Positions 38,239-47,169 of a DNA stretch of 64,000 bases are shown piece after piece. Source of the DNA: a virus; IMG/VR virus record IMGVR_UViG_3300025276_000023, positions 32,001 through 96,000 of that record; one strand, 5' to 3'. The stretch's first letter is position 1. Each line of letters starts with the position of its first letter. The position numbers and the translations under genes are program-made. The notes beneath the pieces were generated by a model, which was not told the DNA's origin, made no database searches, and worked only from the letters and a program-made list of their open reading frames with translations.

Positions 38239-38709
38239 ATGACTGCAAAAAAGAAAAAACCAAAGATCTCGAAGACTAAAGTTGGTATCTTCGGCATAAA
38301 ACAATTTGACGATATGGAAGTTGTTAAAAAGAAATTAGGCAAAGTAGATATCTTCAAAGATGAAGATGTTGCTGAGAACATTGAAGTCTTCACCTATGAT
38401 GACGATGGTATCCCTGCTCTAATCCGTGACTATTGCAGTGACAACAAAATCAAATGTAGCGTTATTAAAACTAACTGGTCTGCTGACTCATCGGCAGGGG
38501 TTAAACGTAATACTGAAATATTAAACAAAGCTTCTCGAATCATCATCTTCACTGACAATAAAGACTCATACATGAAAACCGTCACCGAAGAAGCTAAAGC
38601 TAAAAAACGTCAGATCAATACCTTTTGCTTACAGAACGAAGATAGTAAATACTATAAAGCAAAAGAAGAGCGTCCAGAAACTGAAACGCTAACCGAACAG
38701 AGGATCTAA
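38239..38709 (+). CDS. SLOG-superfamily (DUF2493/YspA-like) protein, divergent
   Basis: IFGIKQFDD..W....AGVKRN..I....IIIF.D pattern matches the GSRxFxD..W..AG.IRN..M...LIAFWDG family. Confidence 0.6.
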   Translation: MTAKKKKPKISKTKVGIFGIKQFDDMEVVKKKLGKVDIFKDEDVAENIEVFTYDDDGIPALIRDYCSDNKIKCSVIKTNWSADSSAGVKRNTEILNKASRIIIFTDNKDSYMKTVTEEAKAKKRQINTFCLQNEDSKYYKAKEERPETETLTEQRI

Positions 38710-38711
38710 TA

Positions 38712-39410
38712 ATGGATTTTTTAAACGTACCTAAGAATAAACAAAAGGCTGTCCGTGAAGCTTTCCTTACCAGCTGGTTGTCATCATTAGAGTCAATGAT
38801 TAAAGGAACCGATAACGTTCCCATGTACACTGAATACTTCGCTGCTAAGAGCGATGAAGAATGTATGGCTATCTTTGAATTGATTCGTACGGGTAAGTTT
38901 AAACTGCCCTTAATAGTTCCTAACCTCAAAGGTACTAAAGTAGATATCGAACGTCTTAATAAATTCGGTCTTGAACTAGGTCATACGTTCTACCAGAATA
39001 TAACCATTACGGATCAGACAGTCGATGATGTTACTTACGCTTCTCCTGTAAAAGCAATGGTTGTTAAAGATTATGTACGTCGTCAGATACAGACGAGTGA
39101 AAATAAACTAAGCGTACCTAAAGATGCTAACGTAGTCGATGACTCAACAGGTCAGGTTACAGGTGATTCTAAGGGTGGTGCTTTCTCATTAGCAGAGACA
39201 CGTAACTTAGAAGCAAAAGAACTTGATAACTGTATCTATGAATTCTTAGCACCATTGGGTGGTAATAACGAAGCGTATCAGATAATGGAAGATACAATCA
39301 TTGAGCAAGGTACTGTAACTATTGCAGACATTCAGACAGATGAACGTCCTGGAGTAGTAGATATGGTAGATGTTTTATTCAGATCAGCACACATTAAAGG
39401 TAACTGGTAA
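38712..39410 (+). CDS. rpoB: Virion RNA polymerase beta subunit, C-terminal fragment (phiKZ gp149-like)
   Basis: VRRQIQ..K..DDSTGQVTGDSKGGAFSLAE corresponds to the beta C-terminal TxQPxxG..GG.RxGEME region. Confidence 0.82.
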   Translation: MDFLNVPKNKQKAVREAFLTSWLSSLESMIKGTDNVPMYTEYFAAKSDEECMAIFELIRTGKFKLPLIVPNLKGTKVDIERLNKFGLELGHTFYQNITITDQTVDDVTYASPVKAMVVKDYVRRQIQTSENKLSVPKDANVVDDSTGQVTGDSKGGAFSLAETRNLEAKELDNCIYEFLAPLGGNNEAYQIMEDTIIEQGTVTIADIQTDERPGVVDMVDVLFRSAHIKGNW

Positions 39411-39943
39411 TGGCAGAAATTGCAATTGAAACTAACAATGATAAGATCGACATGTTCTGTAGAGAAGTACTTGTTTCTTCTAGACAGTTGTATGGGGAAA
39501 GTAAACTCTACGATACATTCTTCAAACGTTTAACTAATTTCAGATTAGAAAACATAACGTCTAAGCCTAGCCAGTTAAAGCTTGTTGAAGAAATTAAGCT
39601 ACTCGATGCTGAGTGGACTAAAACAGTAAGTATAAGTTACATTGAAGTATTGCACGCTGCTACTTCTCGTCTTATCTATTTACTATCCGTAGAAGGGCTC
39701 TGGGAGATCGCTAGAGACGCTGTAGTTGAAACGGTACAGAATCATGTTCCCTTTCACACAGATCGCGACCACGTGTCTGTCAAGTCCGATTCTCTAAACT
39801 TAATGAATGCGGATAAGACTATTGAATCGACTGACCTTAACAAGTTTAGAAACGAAAGATGGTTAGTTGCTTATGTTATATTAGCGATGTACGTAACCGT
39901 CCCAGTTAACATTGCTAGACTATCTAATGCGGTTGATGAATGA
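39410..39943 (+). CDS. Hypothetical protein
   Basis: 177 aa, TAATG coupling. Confidence 0.65.
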   Translation: MAEIAIETNNDKIDMFCREVLVSSRQLYGESKLYDTFFKRLTNFRLENITSKPSQLKLVEEIKLLDAEWTKTVSISYIEVLHAATSRLIYLLSVEGLWEIARDAVVETVQNHVPFHTDRDHVSVKSDSLNLMNADKTIESTDLNKFRNERWLVAYVILAMYVTVPVNIARLSNAVDE

Positions 39944-40662
39944 ATATCTTATTAAGTCTCGATGAGCTGCTCGATACTCGCCTAGGGGTACTTAACACAA
40001 TGGATGTTAATTACCCTAAAAAGATGTTAGCTAACGATTGGCAAACACGAATAGGTGACAGTACCATTTTAGAATACTGCGACGTATCTAATGATGAGTA
40101 CAATGAAGCATATGGTAAACGTACCGTTGAAGAGTTAAAGAATTCTGTCATTACAAACATCCCTTCTTATGTAGCAAATCAACTAGCAAGTGATATCGTT
40201 AACTTTCCAGAGATGGAAGAGCTAGGCGCTACGCCAGAGATATTCTTAAACGTCTGGCCTTATAAACTCAATAAAGAAGAGACGGATACGTTTGTACTTA
40301 TACTTAGACGAATCTTTACGTTTGCTGAGAAAGTGACAGTCATTCAAGTGTCTCCTAAATACATAACGCCTAGATGGTTGAAAGATAAAGAGATTTATTA
40401 CTTCTTTAACTATGATGGTATCAAGTGGATGAACATTCATTCAGAAGCGTTATTGGAATTCCCTATAACCAGAATGAAGTTTTATATGCCTGCTACCGAA
40501 CAGATAAACTCTGAACCAATGACACAGGAAATGCACAACGAATATAAAGATGTTGATCGCTTTAATCTCGTTGCTGTAGCATGGGCCATGTATATAACCA
40601 TTCAATATATTCCAGTTAAGGTATTCTCAATCATTGATAGACCTACAGATAAAGCAAAATAG
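39940..40662 (+). CDS. Conserved phiKZ-like hypothetical protein
   Basis: LDELLDTRLG and LNVWPYKL motifs recalled from this phage group; ATGA overlap. Confidence 0.65.
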   Translation: MNILLSLDELLDTRLGVLNTMDVNYPKKMLANDWQTRIGDSTILEYCDVSNDEYNEAYGKRTVEELKNSVITNIPSYVANQLASDIVNFPEMEELGATPEIFLNVWPYKLNKEETDTFVLILRRIFTFAEKVTVIQVSPKYITPRWLKDKEIYYFFNYDGIKWMNIHSEALLEFPITRMKFYMPATEQINSEPMTQEMHNEYKDVDRFNLVAVAWAMYITIQYIPVKVFSIIDRPTDKAK

Positions 40663-40690
40663 AAGAGAGGCAACTGCCTCTCTTTTTCTA
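40661..40690. terminator. Bidirectional terminator
   Basis: AAGAGAGGCA ac TGCCTCTCTT between convergent genes. Confidence 0.75.
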
Positions 40691-41122
40691 TTATTTTTTA
40701 AGCGCTAAACGTTTAGCTTCTTCAGATTTCTGACGAGTAGTAAACTGGTCATATGTCTGACCAGATGCTTTCTCGTTTAATTCAGTTTCCAGTATTTCAA
40801 ATTTACCAGACTGTTTAATGACTGGAGTTTTGTCTGCTTCAACTGCATTGCCTCGTAAGAATGGGTTTGAACCATTGCGTTGGATAGATTCTGAAATTGC
40901 AGACATGGCTTGTGCTTGTTCTGCGGCTGAGTCGGCTTGTTTATCTTCAACTTCTAAACGTAAGTTGGTCTGCGCTTGCTTGTCTGTATCAGCCAATGCT
41001 TTAAGATAAAGAGAGCCCATTTTAGGATCAATGAAAATAGTTGTGTCTTTTTCTAATTCATCAAGAAACTTATCTCGACGATGTAATGTTTTCTCAATCT
41101 GCTCTCTGTTAACATCTGCCAT
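40691..41122 (-). CDS. Hypothetical helical protein
   Basis: 143 aa, AAGGA RBS. Confidence 0.7.
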   Translation of the reverse strand: MADVNREQIEKTLHRRDKFLDELEKDTTIFIDPKMGSLYLKALADTDKQAQTNLRLEVEDKQADSAAEQAQAMSAISESIQRNGSNPFLRGNAVEADKTPVIKQSGKFEILETELNEKASGQTYDQFTTRQKSEEAKRLALKK

Positions 41123-41150
41123 GTTAGCTTCCTTTATGTAAAGTTCTTTA

Positions 41151-41170
41151 AATATATATCATATAAATGA
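41151..41170 (+). promoter_or_regulatory. Putative early promoter
   Basis: AATATATATCATATAAATGA in a divergent intergenic gap. Confidence 0.45.
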
Positions 41171-41193
41171 TGTAAGTCTAGGATAACCTGCCA

Positions 41194-41664
41194 ATGGATT
41201 TTATTAAACAACTTTTATTTAAGTGGCGGTGTAAGAATTTCTTATCTTCCAATAAAGAAATAAAAGAAAAAGTAATCTACTTGATAAACAATATTAAATA
41301 TCTACCAGTAGTAAAGTTTGAAAATGTAGATAGTCATGTATTACTCGTACATACTGAAAACATAGAAGAGCTGGTTAAACTAATGGTTCAAATAAACAAT
41401 GATGTAACGATAGGTCGTATAAGTAAACCAATACCGTCGACCTCTCCAGTAAACATAGGAGGTAAAAACTATTTCAGAGACAATACCTCTGAACAAGTAC
41501 CGTTTGATAGAACTCACTGTAAAGAATTATTCAATAATGAATTCAATAAATATTTAAAAAAGCTTAACAAGATTAAGCATGATGTGTCAGAAATAGATTT
41601 CTATACCCGACGTCACGGTCAAGTGATTGAAGATATAGTTGAACTATTGAGAACCAACCTATAG
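41194..41664 (+). CDS. Hypothetical protein
   Basis: 156 aa, AGGA RBS. Confidence 0.65.
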   Translation: MDFIKQLLFKWRCKNFLSSNKEIKEKVIYLINNIKYLPVVKFENVDSHVLLVHTENIEELVKLMVQINNDVTIGRISKPIPSTSPVNIGGKNYFRDNTSEQVPFDRTHCKELFNNEFNKYLKKLNKIKHDVSEIDFYTRRHGQVIEDIVELLRTNL

Positions 41665-41673
41665 GGAAAACCC

Positions 41674-42249
41674 ATGTCAAAAGAAGATGACGAAAAAGAA
41701 AAGTCTAGCTCACTCAAAATTAGAAGACTTATTAATTCAAGAGATAAAGGCTCCGGCCAAACTAGCAATGTAATAGCTAAGTTATTTCGAGTCATTTTAA
41801 TTGAACTTGACATAACTCTAGATAAGTTCACTATATTGAAATCGAAATGGTTAAACGATCCGAATAACCACATACGCAATACAAGGACGGCTAAGTCGAC
41901 GGCTAGTTCTAATTTGGTTAAAGATATTATCAAAGATACGATGTCAATAGACGTGTTCTTAAAGATGATGTCTTTATTGAAAGTTGAAAGCATTTCTTTT
42001 TCAGTAAGTATAAAGCGAAAGGGACATCTCAGACCTACTGAACACACTGTTATGATCGACGACCTTCCGGGGTATATATCGACCAGAAAAACAAGTAGAC
42101 ACGCAGCTGAGAAGAAAGAGCCAGAAGAAAAAGTGAAAGAGGATAAAGCACAACCTAAAAATCCTAATACCACATTGGATGAAAAGACTGCTGAGTTTGA
42201 TCTTAAAGTAAAAGAGATCATCGATTCTCTCAACATTAAAAGAAAATAA
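41674..42249 (+). CDS. Conserved phiKZ-like hypothetical basic protein
   Basis: LFRVIL..WLNDPNN..NLVKDI..MS..VF.K pattern recalled from this phage group. Confidence 0.7.
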   Translation: MSKEDDEKEKSSSLKIRRLINSRDKGSGQTSNVIAKLFRVILIELDITLDKFTILKSKWLNDPNNHIRNTRTAKSTASSNLVKDIIKDTMSIDVFLKMMSLLKVESISFSVSIKRKGHLRPTEHTVMIDDLPGYISTRKTSRHAAEKKEPEEKVKEDKAQPKNPNTTLDEKTAEFDLKVKEIIDSLNIKRK

Positions 42250-42256
42250 TTTACTA

Positions 42257-42292
42257 GCGTGAAGGACTCTGGTCCTTCACGTATGCATTTTA
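42257..42292 (+). terminator. Hairpin terminator
   Basis: CGTGAAGGAC tctg GTCCTTCACG TATG. Confidence 0.7.
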
Positions 42293-42315
42293 TGATTGAT
42301 TATTGATTAGAGGTC

Positions 42316-43323
42316 ATGATGAGTAAGTACGTAAGGAGTTTAAACATATCTGACCCCAGCGAAACAGTACTAGCGCTCGATGGGAATGGTGTCACACCTA
42401 CAGAAAACCTCAGTAAGTTAGCAGAGAAGGATTCGCCTGAACAAACCACAGATAAAGTACAATCTTTGGTAGATCAGGTGAAGCCGACTAAGGAACTTGA
42501 AAAGGTTGCTTCTGTAAAAAATGAAGCTGCTAAAAAAGCTGAGATTAAAGAAACGTTAAAGAAACATCCAAACATAAAAGAGTACTCTCAAGATATTGAC
42601 GGTGCTGCAGATGAATGGGATTATTTTGAAGATGAGGAATACGGTACATGTGAAGCTGTGGATGGTACAGTTAAGGAATTAGGTTTCTTTGACAAGCTCC
42701 AGAATAAAGTTAATTCTTTAGCTGCTGAATACGGCATACCGTTTATAAACCCACAGTCTCAAGATGCTTTAGATAGAGCTAAAGCTAAACGTCTTTTAAA
42801 GACAGGCTCTGCTGAAGAATTGACAAGTGTATATTCTAAGTCAAAAAATAAACCAACTATTGAAAAAGCAGTCGATGATGAGTTTGACGCGACTGCTTCT
42901 AGAGGTAGTTGGAAGACTGTATTGGCAGCTACTAAAATACTAGGTAAGAACTATGTGCGTAACCGAAAGAAATTAGGTTCTAAAAACCTATTAGCATCTT
43001 ATAAAAAAGACCCTTTGTCAATGTTCAATAAAGAAGAACTCACTGGACTGTCAGGTGCGTTAACTGAAATGGACCCTACATGGGGCGGCTACGTAACTGA
43101 CGGAGTACTTAAGTATCAAAAAGGTAATTTCGATACGTTATCTACCGATGCGGCTAAATTGCTAGGTGTAGATAAAAGTAAGTATTTTCCTAAAGTTATT
43201 AAAATAGCTAAGAAGAAGAAATGGGACCGAAAGGTAAACGATAGAATTAATAAGGCCAAAAAGAAAGTATCTGATAAAACAGGTATCTCTTCTGGTTCAA
43301 GTGGTAGTATATATAGCGGTTAG
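42316..43323 (+). CDS. Hypothetical protein, possibly virion-associated
   Basis: 335 aa, acidic N-half and Lys-rich C-terminus; GAGG RBS. Confidence 0.7.
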   Translation: MMSKYVRSLNISDPSETVLALDGNGVTPTENLSKLAEKDSPEQTTDKVQSLVDQVKPTKELEKVASVKNEAAKKAEIKETLKKHPNIKEYSQDIDGAADEWDYFEDEEYGTCEAVDGTVKELGFFDKLQNKVNSLAAEYGIPFINPQSQDALDRAKAKRLLKTGSAEELTSVYSKSKNKPTIEKAVDDEFDATASRGSWKTVLAATKILGKNYVRNRKKLGSKNLLASYKKDPLSMFNKEELTGLSGALTEMDPTWGGYVTDGVLKYQKGNFDTLSTDAAKLLGVDKSKYFPKVIKIAKKKKWDRKVNDRINKAKKKVSDKTGISSGSSGSIYSG

Positions 43324-43331
43324 GAGTAATT

Positions 43332-44045
43332 ATGAGTGATTTAATATATAGAGACGGATGGTTACATTCGGTGGAAGAAATTAATTTAATACCTTATGGG
43401 ATAGTGACTCCTGTTCTGGAGGAAGGAGCAGAGGAAGTTGAAATAGTTTCTCCTTTTGATACGTTATTTAAACGTTTCAATAAAGAAGAAATAGACTATG
43501 ATAACCCAGCGGTTTTACCTACTTCCATTGCTGAAATATATAAACCCAAAGAATATTCAGCTTCTTTTTTTTCAAGGTACTATCCTAAATCGGGCTCTGA
43601 GAACCTCCAACCTTATGTTGATGCAATGATCGAAGCCGGTTGGAATACGAGCAACCCTAGTGAGTTACTGCAACCAAAAACAGATGCTGGTTTCTTTAAA
43701 ATGTATATCGATAAGGCATTGTTTAGAGACGATTCATCCAATCGAATAGAAAGAGTGTTTGCAATGACCGTTGACCGCACTGGCTATAGCAGCAGGGGTT
43801 ATCCATATGAAACATACCAATTATCTGAACTGGAAATTGAGCGCGTAGGCGATTTAGTCCTAGCCGATACTAGCAAGATAAATCGTGTTCATGGAGTTAG
43901 AATAATATTTGGCTTCAATGTCGTGGACAATACAATGCCGCTGAACCTATATCAAATCTCATATATTAAACGAGATCTTGTTAGAGAGATGGCGGATATA
44001 GATGCCACCTTACCACATGAGTTAGTGTTGGTCGACGGTATTTAA
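43332..44045 (+). CDS. Hypothetical protein
   Basis: 237 aa, AGGAG RBS. Confidence 0.7.
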   Translation: MSDLIYRDGWLHSVEEINLIPYGIVTPVLEEGAEEVEIVSPFDTLFKRFNKEEIDYDNPAVLPTSIAEIYKPKEYSASFFSRYYPKSGSENLQPYVDAMIEAGWNTSNPSELLQPKTDAGFFKMYIDKALFRDDSSNRIERVFAMTVDRTGYSSRGYPYETYQLSELEIERVGDLVLADTSKINRVHGVRIIFGFNVVDNTMPLNLYQISYIKRDLVREMADIDATLPHELVLVDGI

Positions 44046-44085
44046 TTACATCCAGATACATTCTATAGACAACTAACTAAAAGGA

Positions 44086-44346
44086 ATGTTTATGATTTAT
44101 AATATATTCATCATTTTAGCTCTAGTGTCCTCTACATGTCTGAAGGTGATATTCGAAGTAGTGTGGTTATTAATAGACGCCATAGTAGTTTATCTACCTA
44201 AAGAATTGTCAATTACCTTCAATATAAAGAGCGCAGACTTTTGGGGTTTGAAAGCTATTATGTTACTGGTACGACATAGAGTGACAAGAGGGCTAAAGAC
44301 TAACCTGCCAATTAAAACAGGCACAGACTTTTGGGGTCTGGGTTAG
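44086..44346 (+). CDS. Small membrane protein (start may be 44092)
   Basis: Hydrophobic N-terminal 35 aa; duplicated DFWGL motif; AAGGA RBS. Confidence 0.5.
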   Translation: MFMIYNIFIILALVSSTCLKVIFEVVWLLIDAIVVYLPKELSITFNIKSADFWGLKAIMLLVRHRVTRGLKTNLPIKTGTDFWGLG

Positions 44347-44394
44347 CACCTAAATTAAAAACTCAAAATTAAAAAAGTCATTACAATGACTTAA

Positions 44395-44552
44395 ACATAA
44401 TTTGATCTTTCCTCCTGATCTACATAGAAGCTATACTTAGTCGACTACTAGGGATGGAGGAAGATTTACTAAACAACGCAGAACCATCTACTCTCTCTTT
44501 GATGTTTCTATCTTGTTATGTCGATATGTCATGGGACCTTCGGGTCCCTTTT
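44395..44552 (+). ncRNA. Candidate structured small RNA
   Basis: About 200-nt gap without a credible ORF; ATCTTTCCTCC can pair with GGAGGAAGAT and ACATAA with TTATGT; ends in a UUCG terminator. Confidence 0.3.
44533..44552 (+). terminator. Rho-independent terminator
   Basis: GGGACC ttcg GGTCCC TTTT. Confidence 0.8.
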
Positions 44553-44574
44553 ATTCAAGTTAAAGGAGCATGTG

Positions 44575-44853
44575 ATGTATTCGTTCCCACTTACCTATGT
44601 TACTACGATAGCAATGAAAGTACGTGGCGACAGTGCTGACTATGCTATCTTAGAAGCTTTCTTAGCCATTTCAGGAGCAGATTTGGTAGTCAAGGTCGAT
44701 AGCCCTGAACGTAGAGACTGGACTATAGTTAGAAAAGTGTACAATAAAGAAAAAACAATTCAAGCATTAAAAACTCTAAACTCACAATACTTAGATGGGG
44801 AAACACTCAGCCCTTCTACTGTATTAAAAATATATGACGATTTGGTCAGTTAA
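44575..44853 (+). CDS. Hypothetical protein
   Basis: Start moved from 44518 to ATG 44575 (AAGGAG RBS, downstream of the terminator). Confidence 0.6.
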   Translation: MYSFPLTYVTTIAMKVRGDSADYAILEAFLAISGADLVVKVDSPERRDWTIVRKVYNKEKTIQALKTLNSQYLDGETLSPSTVLKIYDDLVS

Positions 44854-45613
44854 GGAAGAAACGATAATGAAGATCGAATATGTAGTTAATGGTAAATCTA
44901 TTGCTTTAAATGATAAAATACAAAAAGCTATTGATAATAGATCTATCCCTTTATCATTATTTCGTGCAACATTACTTAATGCCGTCCGCAAGATTCTAAA
45001 CGGTCGAGAAAAAGAAGTAGACTACGATGCACTTGCAGATGCCGTAGTTAAAAGCATTGATCAATTTAAGAGCCGTGTAAGACGCCTCTCGAAGCTTGTA
45101 CGATATTCTAATGAATGCCTAATGAAAATAAAAAACGCCTTGGAGAATCGCACTGAAGATAATCTAGAGCTACTTAGAAGTACAGTGGGATATATCCCTG
45201 CTGAGAATATACGAAACTATCGTTTCTTAATGACGGTACTCAAACGAAGAATCTTTGATTTAGATGAAATAAATGAACTTGAAAAGATAGTAGGCGGTTT
45301 AAATTCTATCTACGGTTCATTAGCTTCGACTGAAAAACATTTCGTCCCTGGAAATAAAGATCAGTTTCCAACACCATTGGGTGAGTGTAAAATACCTTTC
45401 GACTTACTAATCAAACATAATTGCGAAAGACTATCAAAACAAATGTTAAGTCTTCTCTGTAAAAATGGCAAGCAGACGCTAACGGACCTTGGTTTTAACT
45501 TACGTTCTCGTGAGATGACGGTAGATGGAAAATACTATGTGTACCACTTTACCTTCAAGAACATTACAATTCCATGTAAGGCAGCTGTCATAACCCCCAA
45601 AGAGAGGAAATAA
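44834..45613 (+). CDS. Hypothetical protein (start probably the second Met, 44867)
   Basis: Long ORF; AAGGA precedes MKIEY. Confidence 0.65.
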   Translation: MTIWSVKEETIMKIEYVVNGKSIALNDKIQKAIDNRSIPLSLFRATLLNAVRKILNGREKEVDYDALADAVVKSIDQFKSRVRRLSKLVRYSNECLMKIKNALENRTEDNLELLRSTVGYIPAENIRNYRFLMTVLKRRIFDLDEINELEKIVGGLNSIYGSLASTEKHFVPGNKDQFPTPLGECKIPFDLLIKHNCERLSKQMLSLLCKNGKQTLTDLGFNLRSREMTVDGKYYVYHFTFKNITIPCKAAVITPKERK

Positions 45614-45614
45614 A

Positions 45615-45968
45615 ATGAAAAAAGAAATACATGTAATCGCCCACAGTCTAACTAAACAGATCAAAGACATCATAGATACTTTAGAAGCTAATGGTTTCTC
45701 CACTACCGTTAAAGCTATGGATTGTGAAGACATCACAATAGACGACTTCAACGGCATACGTCAGATGTTAAATGAATGGGACAGACAGGTAGAACAACTT
45801 TTAAGAAAAGAAAGAATAGCCCAAAGTCACTATCTCTTAAACTTGGTTAGAGGAACTACTGGTTACGTATACAGATATAAAAAAGAACCCAATTCCAAAC
45901 TAGGTTTATTGACGCTAACAAACCAGCGTCTCGGTAACGTATATGAAATTAAAATCCACCCCTATTAA
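45615..45968 (+). CDS. Hypothetical protein
   Basis: 117 aa, GAGG RBS. Confidence 0.65.
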   Translation: MKKEIHVIAHSLTKQIKDIIDTLEANGFSTTVKAMDCEDITIDDFNGIRQMLNEWDRQVEQLLRKERIAQSHYLLNLVRGTTGYVYRYKKEPNSKLGLLTLTNQRLGNVYEIKIHPY

Positions 45969-45983
45969 AAAGAGTTACTTACC

Positions 45984-46619
45984 ATGACATTAGAGCAGAT
46001 GCGTCGTTTTGTTAAACGTAAAGAACTATGTAGTCTAATAAAGCTTTACTCGACAGTCGACTTAGATTATGGTCGTATAGACGATCCTGTTAAGTTCAGG
46101 AAAGAACAAGCTAAGTATGGACGTTATGCGACTGCTTTAAAAGCACTGTCTTCAGAAAACACCGAGCTTTTCAATACGTATAAAAATACTGAAAATGAAG
46201 AACATCGTATATATTCTTTACTTGCAAACTACAGTACCATTCAACAATTTGTTACTCATGGTAAGAACCAAAGAGAAATCATCCAGTTAGTAGCGGCTAA
46301 GGAAGAACTTACCTTCTTTCAATCTAGTAAGATCGTTACTCGCATATTGGACATTTCTCAGTTACTCGAACGTTACTGTAAACTGTTAGAAGACGATAAA
46401 GAAAAGAAACATCTACTATATCGTCTGACAAGTTATTTTACCGACTACTTCAAACTGTTCCATAAAAAAGAATTTGGCTTACCCTATATCTTACCGTACA
46501 TTCCAAAGCTTAAGATGGCTGACGGTAAGTTAGAAGTAAAACATAGCTTTACTGAATTTGGTAAAGAACCGCCCTATGCAATACAGAACTGGCGTTGTAA
46601 CTTCATTGTAGTGCTTTGA
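45984..46619 (+). CDS. Hypothetical protein
   Basis: 211 aa; VDLDYGRIDD resembles the 24637 motif. Confidence 0.65.
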   Translation: MTLEQMRRFVKRKELCSLIKLYSTVDLDYGRIDDPVKFRKEQAKYGRYATALKALSSENTELFNTYKNTENEEHRIYSLLANYSTIQQFVTHGKNQREIIQLVAAKEELTFFQSSKIVTRILDISQLLERYCKLLEDDKEKKHLLYRLTSYFTDYFKLFHKKEFGLPYILPYIPKLKMADGKLEVKHSFTEFGKEPPYAIQNWRCNFIVVL

Positions 46620-46626
46620 TATCATA

Positions 46627-46661
46627 CATACTAGGAAGGCGGCTGCCTTCCTTTATGTTTG
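46627..46661 (+). terminator. Rho-independent terminator
   Basis: AGGAAGGC ggct GCCTTCCT TTATGTTT with ACATA..TATGT flanks. Confidence 0.75.
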
Positions 46662-46679
46662 AAATGGAAAGGTTTTGAC

Positions 46680-46716
46680 ATCTATATAGTAAATATGAGA
46701 TAACTAACTTAAACAA
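46680..46716 (+). promoter_or_regulatory. Putative early promoter/leader, 37-bp repeat copy 2
   Basis: Identical to 12036..12072. Confidence 0.75.
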
Positions 46717-46732
46717 TTATAGGAAACGAATC

Positions 46733-47140
46733 ATGAATTCAATTAAACTTAAAATAGCAGCCGGCCTTGCAGCAGTATCAGTAGTATCTTTAGGCGCGGC
46801 TTATTTTCTAAATAAGTCAGATCAGAAAAAAGAAAAGTCAACTAAGCGTAACAGCGATGTTTCTTTCTTTGACGGTTATACCCTTTACTTTACCAACGAT
46901 GCAATCGAAGGTATCGTTACAGTAAAGGACGGTGAGTTCGAAACAAACGTCACTGCTATAAAAGAAGTAAAAGGCAATACAGGAATGAGCACAGTAAACT
47001 TAGGCTTAATGTTTTTAAAGGTAGCGGCCGATGCTGCTAACATAAAAGCTGCTAAATCATCGCTGTCAAGAGCAGATATATTTAGAGTAATAATAGCTGG
47101 TGACAATGATGTCTTCTCTATTGAAAACACAGTAGCTTAA
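46733..47140 (+). CDS. Small N-terminally membrane-anchored protein
   Basis: IAAGLAAVSVVSLGAAYFL then Lys-rich linker; same architecture as 12479. Confidence 0.7.
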   Translation: MNSIKLKIAAGLAAVSVVSLGAAYFLNKSDQKKEKSTKRNSDVSFFDGYTLYFTNDAIEGIVTVKDGEFETNVTAIKEVKGNTGMSTVNLGLMFLKVAADAANIKAAKSSLSRADIFRVIIAGDNDVFSIENTVA

Positions 47141-47169
47141 TTAACCCCCCATTATCAAAGGAAACAACC

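Noticed and set aside
41619-42236. 205-aa minus-strand ORF
   Set aside because: Antisense mirror of the 41674 gene; Ser/Leu/Phe-rich composition expected from the complement of a Lys/Glu-rich gene.
44454-44639. 61-aa ORF and the 44518 start
   Set aside because: Both cross a strong UUCG terminator; the RBS supports 44575 instead.
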